In this document: positions 48,766 to 61,870 of the stretch, one piece after another
Layout: each line of letters opens with the position of its first letter
Position numbering within the stretch: the stretch's first letter is position 1
Assembly (NCBI RefSeq): GCF_006345805.1
Contig: NC_043004.1
Coordinates: forward strand, 96,472,001 to 96,536,000
DNA: 64,000 bases
DNA from: Octopus sinensis
Taxonomy: Eukaryota
Reading direction: 5' to 3'
Program-made: the position numbers and the translations under genes
The notes under the pieces: model-generated
Databases searched by the model: none
What the model was told of the DNA's origin: nothing
The model's input: the letters and a program-made list of their open reading frames with translations, nothing else

Positions 48766-48800
48766 TGTATGTATGTATGTATGTATGTATGTATGTTGTA
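48505..48800. repeat. (TA)n then (GTAT)n array
   Basis: Directly visible. Confidence 0.95.
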
Positions 48801-48854
48801 TATATGTGTATGATTGTATGTGTATGAGTTGCAAAGCTATTTTGAGTTTCCTAC

Positions 48855-48924
48855 CTTTTATTCCTTTAACAATGGTAAAGTTTAGGGATACAAAGCAAAG
48901 TGCCAGAAAGACAGATGTTTCCAT
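48855..48924 (-). CDS. candidate first coding exon encoding a signal peptide ([23 protein letters not shown])
   Basis: ATG at 48924, hydrophobic core followed by a V-K-G cleavage-like site, phase-1 donor AAG|GTAGGA. Confidence 0.38.
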
Positions 48925-49617
48925 ATCTATAGAGTTCTTCCTGTGAATCTCATATCACCACTATCACCACAGCAAGAGTGGGGTTTTCTATTCCCCTCTC
49001 TTTGTCTCACTCCTTCCACCCCCCACCACCACCACCACCACAGGAACACACTTGCGCTCACCACACACAATTTTAAGAATAAACAAAAGCATTTCATTTA
49101 TCCTGCTTTCATTATTTATTATGTTTATTATTACTTATACGTTGCTTCTTATCCTGTTTTTCCTTCACCTACCATTTCATGTGGACACTTCTTTATTTTA
49201 TATTATACTACAAAAGATAATGCTTGCATGTATTTCTGAAAGTAAAAAAAAAAAAAACTCTGCATTTTATTTAATGTGCAATCAACTTAGATGATGTATG
49301 CTTAAGGCTTTGCAATAAGAATTCGTTTCCACTCCCCAAGAGTACATCAACATGAATAAATCAGAATCATACACTACTTCTCATAAATTTCCTTAAAACT
49401 ATATCCCTGTGTCAGTATACACATACATGTACACAGACGAGAAGACACCACAGTAAAAGGTTTGTGATGTTAAAATTTAGTTTGGTATCCTTAGAGTCTT
49501 TCTGGGATTTATAGTTAAGCTTAGGCAGCCTCCACTGTTCCTTTGACTAACAAGTAAAAGGACTTGACATTCTGAAAATAGGGGCATTTTACCTTCAGTT
49601 TGACAATATTTTAACTT

Positions 49618-50000
49618 CTCTAGGTGGCAAGATGGCAGAAATGTTAGCACACTGGGCAAAATGCTTAGCGGTATTTTGTCTGCCGTTATGTTCTAATTTC
49701 AAATTCCACCAAGGTCTTTGCCTTTCATCCTTTTGGGGTCGATAAATTAAGTACCAGTTACGAACTGGAGTCGATATAATCGACTTAATCCCTTTGTCCT
49801 TGTTTGTTCTCTCTATGTTTAGCCCCTTGTCAGGTGAAATACTTAGTGGCATTTCGTCTGTCTTTACATTCTGAGTTCAAATTCCACCAAGGTCAACTTT
49901 ACCTTTCATTCCTTTCAGAGTCGATAAATTAAGTACCAGTTGCATACTGGAGGCGATCTAATCAACTGGCCATGTCCTCAAAAATTTTGAGACTTGTACT
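49618..50000 (+). mobile_element. SINE family B, two head-to-tail units
   Basis: First unit ends agccccttgt, then re-enters at caggtgaaatacttag; second unit has the alternative tail. Confidence 0.88.
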
Positions 50001-50059
50001 TCGGGTAGAAAAGAATATTTTAATTTCTGAATGTAGTTTTTTGGGATGGCCAAATACAG

Positions 50060-50186
50060 ATTAAACATGTTATGTGGGAAGGAAAACCACCAGAGAAGGT
50101 GGTCGTTGTGTTCTTAGACAGAATGCATCCAAACCCGAAGATGACCAGAAACCAACAGAGATCTTCTCAACGACAGGAAACAGGAG
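50060..50186 (+). CDS. candidate coding exon (IKHVMWEGKPPEKVVVVFLDRMHPNPKMTRNQQRSSQRQETG)
   Basis: Strong donor GAG|GTAAGA, 127-nt open frame, GC-rich; acceptor atacag| only moderate. Confidence 0.35.
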
Positions 50187-51454
50187 GTAAGAAAGTTTAT
50201 TGAGCATCACATAGCAAGGCCACATCTTGAACCTAGAAAACAAAAAAGAAAGTAGGAAAAACAAAAAGAAAGATACAGGATGACCCTACTGCTGGCTAAA
50301 GGAAGGCCAACATAGTAACTTATTAATTGTGTGTTGGACAAAAGGGAATGAAGGCTCATGATTCCTGACGCCTAGAGGTATGTCACATAGGGAGGAAAAT
50401 TCCTATACTAATTAAATATGTTTAATATTTTACAAGTAGAATATTATTCACTTTTTAAAAAAGTACCTGTAGATATTGAATAGTTAGACACACTCTATAG
50501 ATGGTGTCTGAACAGATGGACATGTTATGTAAATTTCTATTGAACAGATAGATTTGATATTATTTATTCATTAAAACAAAAGTTTACAATAGCAAGATAT
50601 TGATTGCAAATTTCATTTTATTATACATACAAACCCAATTGATAAGATTCAATCAAACAATAGAGCGACTATGTAAATGTTTCTTTCTTTTATATAAATG
50701 TAAATAAAATATTTTGTAAAATAGTTAAAAGATGATGAAATATTAATCTTTCCTTCAGTACTTGATAAAGAAATATTAAAACCAAAAAAAAATCCTTTTT
50801 GAAGCAAATGGAAATACACAACCCAATTGTCTAAAGAATCGATACTGATGCACAGCGAAATGACAGTTAAATTCTGGAGATAATTATGAGTGCAGCTTGT
50901 AATGATGATGATGATGATGATGATGAGGACAATGGCGACAATGACAACAATGCTGGGGGGAAGGAGGAGATGGAGAGTGAAGCGGATCATCATCATTATT
51001 CAATATGATTTTAGTATATTGGTTGTCCAGTTGTCTCTAATTGCTAAAAATAATATTCATATTTGTTCAAATATTTCCCAAGGTTTTGGAATAATGGTGG
51101 AAACTTTCTTCAAACTGTTGTGAATAAAACCTTATTGGTGAAATGTTTTGGATGTTACCTCAGCATAGAGATATGTTGTTTCTTTTGTAAATAGTGCAAA
51201 TCTACACCCCATTGGTTTGCCCAAATCAGCACTTGAACCTAACACTGTAAGCCAATGAACTAAAATTATTAATCATGCAGTGTCTTTCTAACATGAGACT
51301 GTTGAAATTTCTCACAACCACTGTTTTTACCCTCATTCATATTTCGTTAGTAGAAAAGTTCAAATGAAGCACTCTGTTGGTGGTTTTATGCTGGGTGTTG
51401 TGAGTAAAGTATGACAAAGGAAATAGTACAAGTGTCTCACTTTAGAGGTGACGC

Positions 51455-51615
51455 ATGGATACTCTGCACACTCTCGGAGTGGTTGGCGTTAGGAAGGGCA
51501 TCCAGCTGCAGAAACTCTGCCAGATCAGATTGGAGTCTGGTTCACCAGACCTCAGTCAAACCGTCCAGCCCATGCTAGCATGGAAAGTGGACATTAAATG
51601 ATGATGATGATGATG
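51455..51615 (+). mobile_element. RTE-tail repeat
   Basis: ggagtggttggcgttaggaagggcatccagc..ccatgctagcatggaaagtggacattaaatgatgatg. Confidence 0.88.
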
Positions 51616-51673
51616 AATATAAGGATGATAGACTCTGGTGATGATGTTATTCCACACTTTCTGATCCATGGTA

Positions 51674-51899
51674 CTGAGCGAGCTGGCAGAATCGTTAGCG
51701 AAATGCTTAGCGGTATTTTGGCTGCCGTTACATTGTGAGTTCAAATTCTGTCGACGTCGACTTTGCCTTTCATCGTTTCGAGGTCGATAAATTAAGTACC
51801 AGTTACGCACTGGGGTCGATGTAATCGACTTAATACCTATGTCTGTCTATGTTTGTCCCCTCTATGTTTAGCCCCTTGTGGGTAATAAAGAAATAGGTA
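51674..51899 (+). mobile_element. SINE family B ending in gaaata|ggta
   Basis: Head, body and tail, followed by the first bases of the array junction. Confidence 0.9.
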
Positions 51900-52250
51900 C
51901 TGGTAATAGAATGCTCCAGGTCAAGGTGCTGTGACCTCAGCTTTTCCTCAGTTTGTTTGACCCATGTTTGCTTTGGCGTGCTGCACTGGATTATCCAGTG
52001 AGTGGGTCGTGGCTGAAGAGGTTTCCTTGTAACAACTTTGCTACAGTAGTCAAGTTCATGGAGATGCCTCTCCAAAGTACTTTAATTCATTTGGACGTGT
52101 TCTGCAACATCAGCTGTTTTACAATGGAGATTATTGTCAACAATCTGCTTGATAGCCTATAGCCACCTGTTAGTGGCCACAGGTCAACATGACCGAGATG
52201 CTCTTGATTCCATTTCTTTGCTGGTGAGTTGTACAATCATTCTGCTGATT
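51900..52250 (-). mobile_element. decayed RTE-type LINE C-terminal fragment
   Basis: ..HWIIQCSTPKQTWVKQTEEKLRSQHLDLEHS resembles W.RPRGRP..TW....E.DL. Confidence 0.5.
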
Positions 52251-52432
52251 GTGGAAACAAGTGTTGTGCCACCTTATGGTGGCTAAATCCACATTATACT
52301 CCCTTTGAAAATCAAACATACCCACCTTTGAATAATAATGTACCTCCTTTAAAAATCAGACAGCTCTTGTTTCTGGTATTCATGGCACAGCTAGATGCTA
52401 TAATTGATTAATGAACTTGACTGAAAAATGAT

Positions 52433-52835
52433 AATCCATTATATAAAATCCATTCTGTGTGTGTGTGTGTGTGTGTGTGTGTCTTCTTGGATCTTGGGCA
52501 TCCTCCATCCAATTGCGTTCAAATTTGATATGTAGATCCCGACGGTATCAGGGCGTGTATAAGTCTTGAAAAAATTACAAAAATCGATTCCAGGTGAGAA
52601 TGCTATCGATAAAGCCATGGGAACGTACATTTGTAAAATCATTTTTCTTGGAATAGAAAAAAAATTCTATCTTTATTTCTTCTTTTGCTGGTGTCCGAAA
52701 TTTAGGTTAAATCAGTGTTTCTCAAAGGAGAGGCTGATGGGATGGTCAGACAAGTTGTTTTGAGAAAATTTGGTTTAAATGTTTGATAACTCAGCGCCGT
52801 CCATTGGATGGAGGGGGGGGCGCGTTTTGCTTGTA
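52433..52835 (-). mobile_element. Helentron-associated (HINE-like) element
   Basis: Minus strand starts acaagcaaaac GCGCC..GGCGC hairpin and ends (CA)n agaatggattttatataatggat; internal caaatttg motif. Confidence 0.55.
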
Positions 52836-54059
52836 CATTTACGTGTTTGAAGCACAAAGTAACGTCTACATGGATAAAACAGAATACAGAGGGGTATCTA
52901 TTTACTTTTGCGATAACTGTGTAGAGATGTAAAAGTGGTATAGACATATCAAGGTAATATGGTGGATGTAGCAAATTGCTAGAAGGTATTCATTGCTAAG
53001 ATAATTATTATAAGAGAAACGAAGCAAAATATTGACATGTGAAGACTAGAGATACCTACTTTTAGTGTTAATGATTTAAAAAAAGATTGGTTTGAGCCAG
53101 GTAAATATTATGTATGTATATCAGTAACTGGAAGCAAGAGAGACAAAGCAAGAAGGCTTTTATAAACCAATCTTTAACCTGTATGATCTGAAATAGGTAG
53201 ATCATTTTCAGATATATCAGGCAGATAGGAAAGTAAGATATGAATTCAGTCTCTTTATTTGCTTCTCTTAAATGGTTTCATTTCTCAGTTACATTGAATA
53301 AGCTAAGAACTATGCTAATTATGGCTTTATGATCATTAGAGAAGTCAAATTAATATATTAGCATAAGTATTCTATATTCATTATGTAAGAATATTAATGG
53401 AAAAGCAAATGAGAAAAAAAGAGGATAAAAGTAAAGAAAAAAGAAAAATGCTGAGTAATGATGAAGATGTAAAAGCAGAAATAAGAAAATATAAAATAAA
53501 GTCAAAGGAGAAAAAGACATTAAAATGATCTTGAAGAAGTATTAGGAAAAGATGAGTAACTGACAACTTGACAAATCATCATGGCAGAACTGAAGAAAAT
53601 GGTAATGATGATGTAAGAAAAAAAGAAAAAAGAAGGAAGATTTCCAATCTTCCTTCTTTTAATAGAAGAAAGAAGATGGAGGTTAAATGACATTGCCTGT
53701 AAAAATATCTCTGTGCTGAATAAATGGCAAAAAAAACCCAAAGAAAAACAAGAAAAGAAATTGGGACCGCATTTCTCATAAAGCAAAAACATCATTTGCT
53801 GCAGGCTGTTCCCAATTCTTCCAGTAGGAATGTTGTTCAGGGCAATTTACAACATCAAATTAAATGTGAGCCTATTCTTTCAATCATATCATTCGGATAT
53901 TAAGCAACCACTGGATGCAGTCAATTAAACATGAAGAAAATACCTGGAAGATTATTTTAAACAAATAATGTACATGCATACGTGTTACTGCTTATATATA
54001 TATACATATATATACATACATATATATATATATATATGATGAGAGAGAGTGAAAGAAAA

Positions 54060-54121
54060 AGATGGATAGATGGATAGAGACATAGATAAATAAATAGATA
54101 GATAAATATATATATAGATTT

Positions 54122-54209
<88 letters not shown>

Positions 54210-54240
54210 GTTGATAAATAGATAGATAGATTTATTGATT
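54060..54240. repeat. (GATA)n array
   Basis: Directly visible. Confidence 0.95.
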
Positions 54241-54329
54241 GATTGTACAGCTGCTGTTACTTCCAAAGTCTAATTAATTGAATTGATCGATTGCTAATGA
54301 TTGACTCATTATTGTGTTTCATCTCCTAG

Positions 54330-54382
54330 CTCTATCCTTGTTATTCTATCAATGCTTCTTATGGCTTACTGAGAGAAGGAAA
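54330..54382 (+). CDS. candidate 53-nt exon
   Basis: attgtgtttcatctcctag| acceptor and AAA|GTAAGC donor; open as LYPCYSINASYGLLREG or LSLLFYQCFLWLTERRK. Confidence 0.3.
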
Positions 54383-54789
54383 GTAAGCACTATGACCTTT
54401 GTGCAGAACCTATGAGAGTGTCGGGTCAGAGGAAGAAAGAAGAAACTGCAACCCATGGGCTGTCATTTAGCTGGAGAGCTCAGATATTTAGACATCACTT
54501 TAAGCAAAATCTCGAAGGCAATGTAATGGTGTCAAACCAGGCATTAGATTCAATGTACAATTCAGCAATAGGTATATGCCATCTGATGGGATTTCACAGA
54601 GATTCCATCTACTAGCTTTCACACATAATCCTTAGCTTGAATTGTGGCTTTGGTAGTGGACACATCAATGTAAGGTTACCCAAGCTTTGCATATATATAA
54701 CATAAATCTCACAACTTTGGGAGACTGCATTGGACATAGGTATTTCCACGTCAAACATGACATGATTCACTTATGAATATGTACTTATG

Positions 54790-54830
54790 AATGATATATA
54801 TATATTATATATATATATAATATATATATG

Positions 54831-54887
<57 letters not shown>

Positions 54888-54930
54888 ATTATATATATAT
54901 ATATTATATATATATAATATATATATATAT

Positions 54931-55004
<74 letters not shown>

Positions 55005-55012
55005 ATATATAT

Positions 55013-55048
<36 letters not shown>

Positions 55049-55087
55049 TGTATATATTATATATATATATAATATATTATATATATG

Positions 55088-55119
<32 letters not shown>

Positions 55120-55129
55120 ATATATATAT

Positions 55130-55174
<45 letters not shown>

Positions 55175-55192
55175 ATATGTATGTATATATAT
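54790..55192. repeat. ~400-bp almost pure A/T (TA)n array with periodic TT/AA slips
   Basis: Directly visible. Confidence 0.96.
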
Positions 55193-55222
55193 TCAAATAT
55201 GAATTAAAAGCAGCTCGAGGTT

Positions 55223-55411
55223 TATAAACAAAATTGAACACACATACAAGTATTGTTAGTTCATGGGTTAGCTGTGGTTTAAACATAAGAGAATATATTC
55301 TCAATGCACTTGGTGTTGTGTTTTTAACACCAGGTGCATTGTGAATATATCTTATGCCTAACAAACTAATAACACACACACCTTGTATATGTGTGTTTGA
55401 TTTTGTTTATA
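55223..55411 (+). ncRNA. candidate hairpin RNA (pre-miRNA-like core in a ~190-nt fold-back), or an old MITE
   Basis: 55293-55317 pairs with 55326-55350 (one G.U, one U.U, 8-nt loop); outer arms 55223-55250 and 55382-55411 pair with two G.U and a 2-nt bulge. Confidence 0.45.
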
Positions 55412-55418
55412 TATATAT

Positions 55419-55464
<46 letters not shown>

Positions 55465-56111
55465 TACATGATAACATCTCTAGGAGATATACCAATGACT
55501 TTAAGGAAAGGTTCATATTTATTTTGTATTCTGAGATAGGGAACTCTACACGTATCTGTCTTGTTTCATCTGAAAGATTCTGTAGAAGGAAAATTATTCC
55601 CAACCACACACTTTTATGATCTAGTATAACAAACCATCTCCTTTCTTACTCATGCTATATCAGAATCTGTAAGAATCTGCACATATTACAATAGTCAACT
55701 GAATCCCTTAAGAGAATTAGACTTTCATGCTTTTACCACCAACAGAGCTCACTCTTAGCTAATTTGAATCCATTAGTTGTGAATACTAATCTCTTCATTT
55801 TACTGATATCTTTAATTTTGAAAAGAATCAAAGGCTACTCCTTTCAATTATGCCAGAATTACTTCCAACTAGCAGTCAACAATATACAGTTTCCACCATG
55901 TGGCTAAACTGAGTAGGGGAAACGATTTTCCATTATTAGCCAGTGACATTAGCTTCATTTAGAATGTGGATGTTTCATCGCTCAGTGTTATGACAGACAA
56001 ATGATCAAATATGCTTTTTGCTTCTGTGGAATGTTTTGTAATGCAGATGTGAGTGAAACTTTTCATACATATATACATGCATATATACGAGCTTATGTGC
56101 ATACTCTTACT

Positions 56112-56520
56112 ATTTTACTCTTTTACTTGTTTCAGTCATTTGACTGCGGCCATGCTGGAGCACCGGCTTTAGTCAAGCAAATCGACCCTGGAACTTATTC
56201 TTTGTAAGCCCAGTACTTATTCTATCGGTCTCTTTTGCCGAACCGCTAAGTGACGGGGACGTAAACACACCAGCATCAGTTGTCAAGCAATGCTAGGGGG
56301 ACAAACACAGACACACAAACATATACACACACATACATATATATATATATACATATATACGACGGGCTTCTTTCAGTTTCTGTCTACCAAATCCACTCAC
56401 AAGGCTTTGGTCGGCCCGAGGCTATAGTAGAAGACACTTGCCCAAGATGCCACGCAGTGGGACTGAACCCGGAACCATGTGGTTGGTAAGCAAGCTACTT
56501 ACCACACAGCCACTCCTGTG
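56112..56520 (-). mobile_element. SINE family A
   Basis: Full match. Confidence 0.93.
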
Positions 56521-56848
56521 CCACATGTGGATGTGCGTGTTTAGGAAAACTGTTTTTTTTATGGAAGATCAAGGAAACCAGAAATACAAAGAGAACTCTG
56601 TATGAGTTAAAGATAACTGGAGAGCAAATAGATTTATTTTACAGATTTAATGTTTTAGCAAAGAAACTTTACTTTCACCCATTCAAATCTATTCTGAAAT
56701 AAAATACATCTTGAATGTACAAATGCAATTGAATTATTTGAGAATATTTCTGAAATTCACAAGTTTAATGTGAATTTGAAAAATAACAGTCAAAATTATT
56801 TCTTCACGATATATGACATCAAAGAATGGTAGAGTAGACAGTAAAATC

Positions 56849-56862
56849 AAGTGACGTCACTT
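56849..56862. promoter_or_regulatory. perfect 14-bp palindrome AAGTGACGTCACTT containing a full CRE (TGACGTCA)
   Basis: Motif seen directly in non-repeat sequence; function untested. Confidence 0.35.
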
Positions 56863-57266
56863 CATGTTAAGTAAACTGCGTATACATATGAAAAAAATAT
56901 ATAAGCTTCATAATCAATTTTCAAAAATGCATAAACATGAATATAATAAATATGTAAATATATAGATAAATGAATTGATAACTGAATGAATAATATGCAG
57001 TAAATAGAAAGCTCATTAAATCAATAATAATGGATTATTACACATTGAAAAATTTCTTAAATAAATGCTGTAAATGATACATTTGCAGGCATAACCATAC
57101 CCATGTGCAAACACACAAATATCATTTTGATGTATAAATATATATAAAAATACTCACTAACTTAATTTACACATGTTCACATATTTAGAAACACACACCC
57201 TCGCATACACATACACATGCATACACACACACATACACACACATAAACATACAGACATACACATAC

Positions 57267-57302
<36 letters not shown>

Positions 57303-57440
57303 ATAAATATCTATATATGTACACAAATATGAAAACACAAACACATACACCCACCTCATAAATATATACAGCCACCCCATATACATATATATATATCACC
57401 ATCATCTTCATCATTTTACCAACTAGTTCTCTATGCTTAC

Positions 57441-57494
57441 GTGCTTCAGATGGAATTCGTTGAGGAAGATTTTCTATAGTCAGAAATATTTTCA
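57441..57494 (-). CDS. candidate 54-nt exon (KIFLTIENLPQRIPSEA, phase 1-1), possibly UTR
   Basis: tttccttcatttccaatcttcag| acceptor and CAC|GTAAGC donor; only the phase-1 frame is open. Confidence 0.35.
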
Positions 57495-57639
57495 CTGAAG
57501 ATTGGAAATGAAGGAAACATCTTGTATGATGATGATAATGCTTATATAAATGTATCATGTGATTCCAAGACAAGGAGACTCCGCCATGCACTCATACATA
57601 CATACATACATACATACATACATACATACATACATGTTT

Positions 57640-57937
57640 GTTCCTTCTCAAGCCATGCCAGGCTCATAAGGGCTGGTTTCCCGGTTTCCTTAGCATATAG
57701 GTTCCCCACCTGGACAGGACGCCGGTCCTTCAGAGGTGAGCTGCAAGATGCAGGAAGAAAGAGTGAGAGAAAGTTGTGGCGAAAGAGTCAGCAGAAGTTC
57801 GCCATTACCTTCTGCTGGAGCCGCATGGAGCTTAGGTGTTTCCCTCATAAACACACACATAGCCCGGTCTGAAATTCGAACCCGTGATCCCTCGACCGCG
57901 AGTCTGCTGCTCTAACCACTAGACTATGTACCTCCAC
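57640..57937 (-). mobile_element. SINE family C variant
   Basis: gaaattcgaacccgtgatccctcgaccgcgagt..ctaaccactag head on the minus strand. Confidence 0.88.
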
Positions 57938-57984
57938 ACATACATACATACATGCTATTAGTTGCCCAGCAGATGTTTTTATAA

Positions 57985-58439
<455 letters not shown>

Positions 58440-58614
58440 CTTTTTTTCTTTTTTACTTCTCCTCTCTGTCTTTCTTTCCTTCTTTCTCTATTGCATGACT
58501 TTGTAAATGAACAATCTGGTGTCTTTATTTTAATAGCCTACCAATATATACAGTGAGTTTCCCTGCCCTGGGCATCAAGAAGACACTTGACAAGAATGGA
58601 AACAAGACTGAAAG

Positions 58615-58846
58615 ATGATGATAATGATGACGATGACGATGATGATGATGATGATGAGGATGATGATGATGATGAGGACGACGATAGTGATGATGAAGAT
58701 GATGATGATGATGATGATGATGATGACGATGGTGATGATGATGATGACGACGACGACGACGACGACGACGATGATGATGATGATGATGATGACGATGGTG
58801 ATGATGATGACGATGATGATGATGATGATGATGACAACGACGGTGG

Positions 58847-58879
<33 letters not shown>

Positions 58880-58894
58880 CGACGATGGTGATGG

Positions 58895-58945
<51 letters not shown>
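58615..58945. repeat. ~330-bp (GAT)n/(GAC)n array
   Basis: Directly visible; source of the poly-D and poly-H ORFs. Confidence 0.95.
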
Positions 58946-58949
58946 CAGC

Positions 58950-59560
58950 TACTATACTTGCCTCCCAATCAACCTCCATATTCAACAGCTCACTAAAATA
59001 CCCTGCCCTTCTTTGTACATCCTCACTTCCTTCCAACAAATTTCCATTTACATCCTTCACCCTTTCTTCCCCTCCTCCAACTACCTTTCTTACCTCCTGT
59101 ACCTCTTTCCAAAACATCGTTTTATTTCTTACAAAATTTTCAATCTACTCCCCCCCCCTGAACTTATCACTCAGCTCCCATTACCCCACCCTCACCACTC
59201 TCTCCACTTTCTTCCTCACTTCTCCAAAGTGATCATAAGCCTCTACATCCCTTTTCTGCATCCACTCTCCAAAGGCCCTTTTCTTCTCTGCCATCGCATC
59301 CCTTACCTGCTCATTCTACCACTCACCACCTTTTCTCACACCCATTCCGACGACCAGTTGTGCACCACATATATCGGAGGCACATCCCATTACTGCCTCT
59401 CTTAAGGTCTCTTCCCACTCCTCCTCCACATCTCCTACCTCCTGTTTCTTAACCTGTTCATATTCACCTCTCAGTTCCTCTACATACTCCTGCTCCTTCT
59501 CTCTCTTATCTATTCTCTCACCTTCACCTCTCTCCTTCCTGTCACTCACCTAGCATTCCA
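58950..59560 (-). mobile_element. RTE-clade LINE endonuclease-RT linker fragment
   Basis: VEEEWEETLREAVMGCASDICG ... MFWKEVQEVRK..ERVKDVNGNLLEGSEDVQRRAGYFSELLN, typical RTE ORF linker motifs. Confidence 0.82.
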
Positions 59561-59629
59561 TTTCGAGCATACCTTCAACTTACTCTGTACTAAGAAGTGA
59601 TCTGACACTCCTCCACCTTCACCTCTCAT

Positions 59630-59760
59630 TACTAGCTTACCAGTTCCATTCAAACTGTCTAACCCATGTCAGCATGGAAAGCAGACGTTAAATGATGATG
59701 ATGGTGATGACAATGACGACGTCGATGATGATGATGATGATGATAATGATGATGATGATG
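59630..59760 (+). mobile_element. RTE-tail repeat with (GAT)n
   Basis: acccatgtcagcatggaaagcagacgttaaatgatgatg. Confidence 0.75.
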
Positions 59761-59789
59761 AAATCTCTGCAGTTATTGGTAATTTTCTA

Positions 59790-61870
59790 TCAAATTGTTT
59801 GAAGATCTAGAAGATAACCCTAATACTGAATTCAGAGGCAAGTACTGCAAATACTGGTGACATTGATGTAAGCTATGACATTTTTCAAGGTGATTTTCTA
59901 TCACCAATTTGCTTTAGTATGGCTCTTGGTTCTCCCCTAAGTAAGCTATAAAATGATACAAGACATGATAACAGAATCTATAACAGATCAATCAATCACC
60001 TCATTTTACATGAATAATTTGCAGCTTTTAACGCATGTGATCAACTAGTGGAATGACTTTTAACTATAGTAAAACATTTAGCGACAATTCTGAAACAGAG
60101 TTTTACCTAGAAAAATGTACTAAAACCATATTCTTTAAGGGAAAACATCTGAAAACCTACAACATACCGTAATCAAGAAATTAAACCACCATAATCAAAG
60201 AACTAGATCCTGAAGAAATAAACTACAAATATTTAGATGTGTATGAGAAGGTTGGTATCCAACACCTAATAATGAGTAAGAAAATATGGAGAGAATGCTT
60301 CTGTAGAGTTAGAACTGAATGTGAGAAACAGGCTCGATGCTATCTATACCTAGCTATACATGTTGTAACATGATAAAATGAGATAAGTAAAATTGACTCA
60401 AAAACTCGTAAGCTTCTCATAGTGTATCGCATGGATCACCCAAAGGTTGATGTAGATAGTCTAAATACATCCCATGAAGGAACAGAAGACTTTAACTAAT
60501 GCTGCTGCAACTGCTTTTAAGGTCAGAAACCATAAGGCTAGATACCTATCTTAGTATAAATACTAATGACTGGCAGTTTGAAAATGTATACAAGCAAGAA
60601 AGTACAAGAAACTGCATTCACAATTAGGACAAGAAAAAAGAATTGTAAATGTTGCCAAATGTAAGGTGCAAGAGTGGCTGTGTGGTAAGTAGCTTGCTTA
60701 CCAACCACATGGTTCCGGGTTCAGTCCCACTGTGTGGCACCTTGGGCAAGTGTCTTCTGCTATAGCCTCGGGCCAACCAATGCCTTGTGAGTGGATTTGG
60801 TAGACGGAAACTGAAAGAAGCCTGTCGTATATATATATATATATATTATATATATATATATATATATGTATATGTGTGTTTGTCCCCCTAGCATTGTTTG
60901 ACAACCGATGCTGGTGTGTTTACGTCCCCGTCACTTAGCGGTTCGGCAAAAGAGACCGATAGAATAAGTACTGGGCTTACAAAGAATAAGTCCCGGGTCG
61001 ATTTGCTTGACTAAAGGTGGTGCTCCAGCATGGCCCCAGTCAAATGACTGAAACAAGTAAAAGAGATGAAACAGAATTCACTATGAAAGCCAAATAAATA
61101 AATAAATAAAGTAAAAAAATGAGCCAATTCCTATGAATTTCTTAAAATATGGAAAAGTAAGGCATTACATGATAAATATCCTATAAGAGACAACGATTCT
61201 GATGCAGATACAAATATGATCTATCAGTGGCTATCTGCATTTGAACTCGAATCAGAAACAGAAGTCTTCATTAAAGCAGCTCTGTCTCTGTCCTCTAGAA
61301 TTCATTGAATTGCCATTCTTAAAAGCAGGACTGATCTTGCCTGCCACTTTTGTGATACAACCAGAGAAACAATTGGCCATCTCACTTCTGGTTGCTCTAT
61401 GTTAGCCCCAGCTGGGTATACTTATCACTATGATAGACATGGTGTGTATTTACACTGCATCATAGGGTATCAGTTTCGGCTATCATACGAAAAAAACTGG
61501 TATGAACATAAGCCTGCCAAATTAGAAGAAAAACACATCACTTTTTCTTCAGACTTTACTGCTCAGATTGATTGATCTATTCAGGCCAATAGACCTGATA
61601 TTTTGGTGAGAATCACATTGAAAAAACAAATTTACTCCAAAATATGTTAATCTCAACTGATTGCCAAACGTCTGAGAAATTGAAAAATTAAGAATATATA
61701 ACAACGTTGAAATAGAAATCTGAAAAATGTGAGATCTAGCAATAGCAGCTGTAGCTAATCATTGGCGCTTTGAGAATAATACCAAATATCTTTAAATATT
61801 ATGAGGAAAAAGCAGAAAATCTAAAAGCCTCAGAACTACAAGAAATTGTACTTGTTGTAATTCATATTGC
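59790..61870 (+). mobile_element. R4/Dong-clade LINE, ~2 kb decayed RT-to-RLE region, interrupted by a SINE
   Basis: YDIFQGDFLSPICFSMAL..INHL.FYMNNLQL..FYLEKC; ..SETE.FI.AA..; HLTSGCSMLA; IQANRPDIL; IIGALRIIP..LQEIVLVVIHI. Confidence 0.82.
60663..61066 (+). mobile_element. SINE family A nested in the LINE
   Basis: Full match. Confidence 0.93.

Noticed and set aside
54412-54615. 67-aa ORF MRVSGQRKKEETATHG..
   Set aside because: No homology recognised, and its acceptor is only about 20 nt from the preceding donor, too short for an intron.
58525-59405. 272-aa acidic ORF and poly-His ORF
   Set aside because: A (GAT)n array read through into the antisense strand of an RTE LINE fragment.
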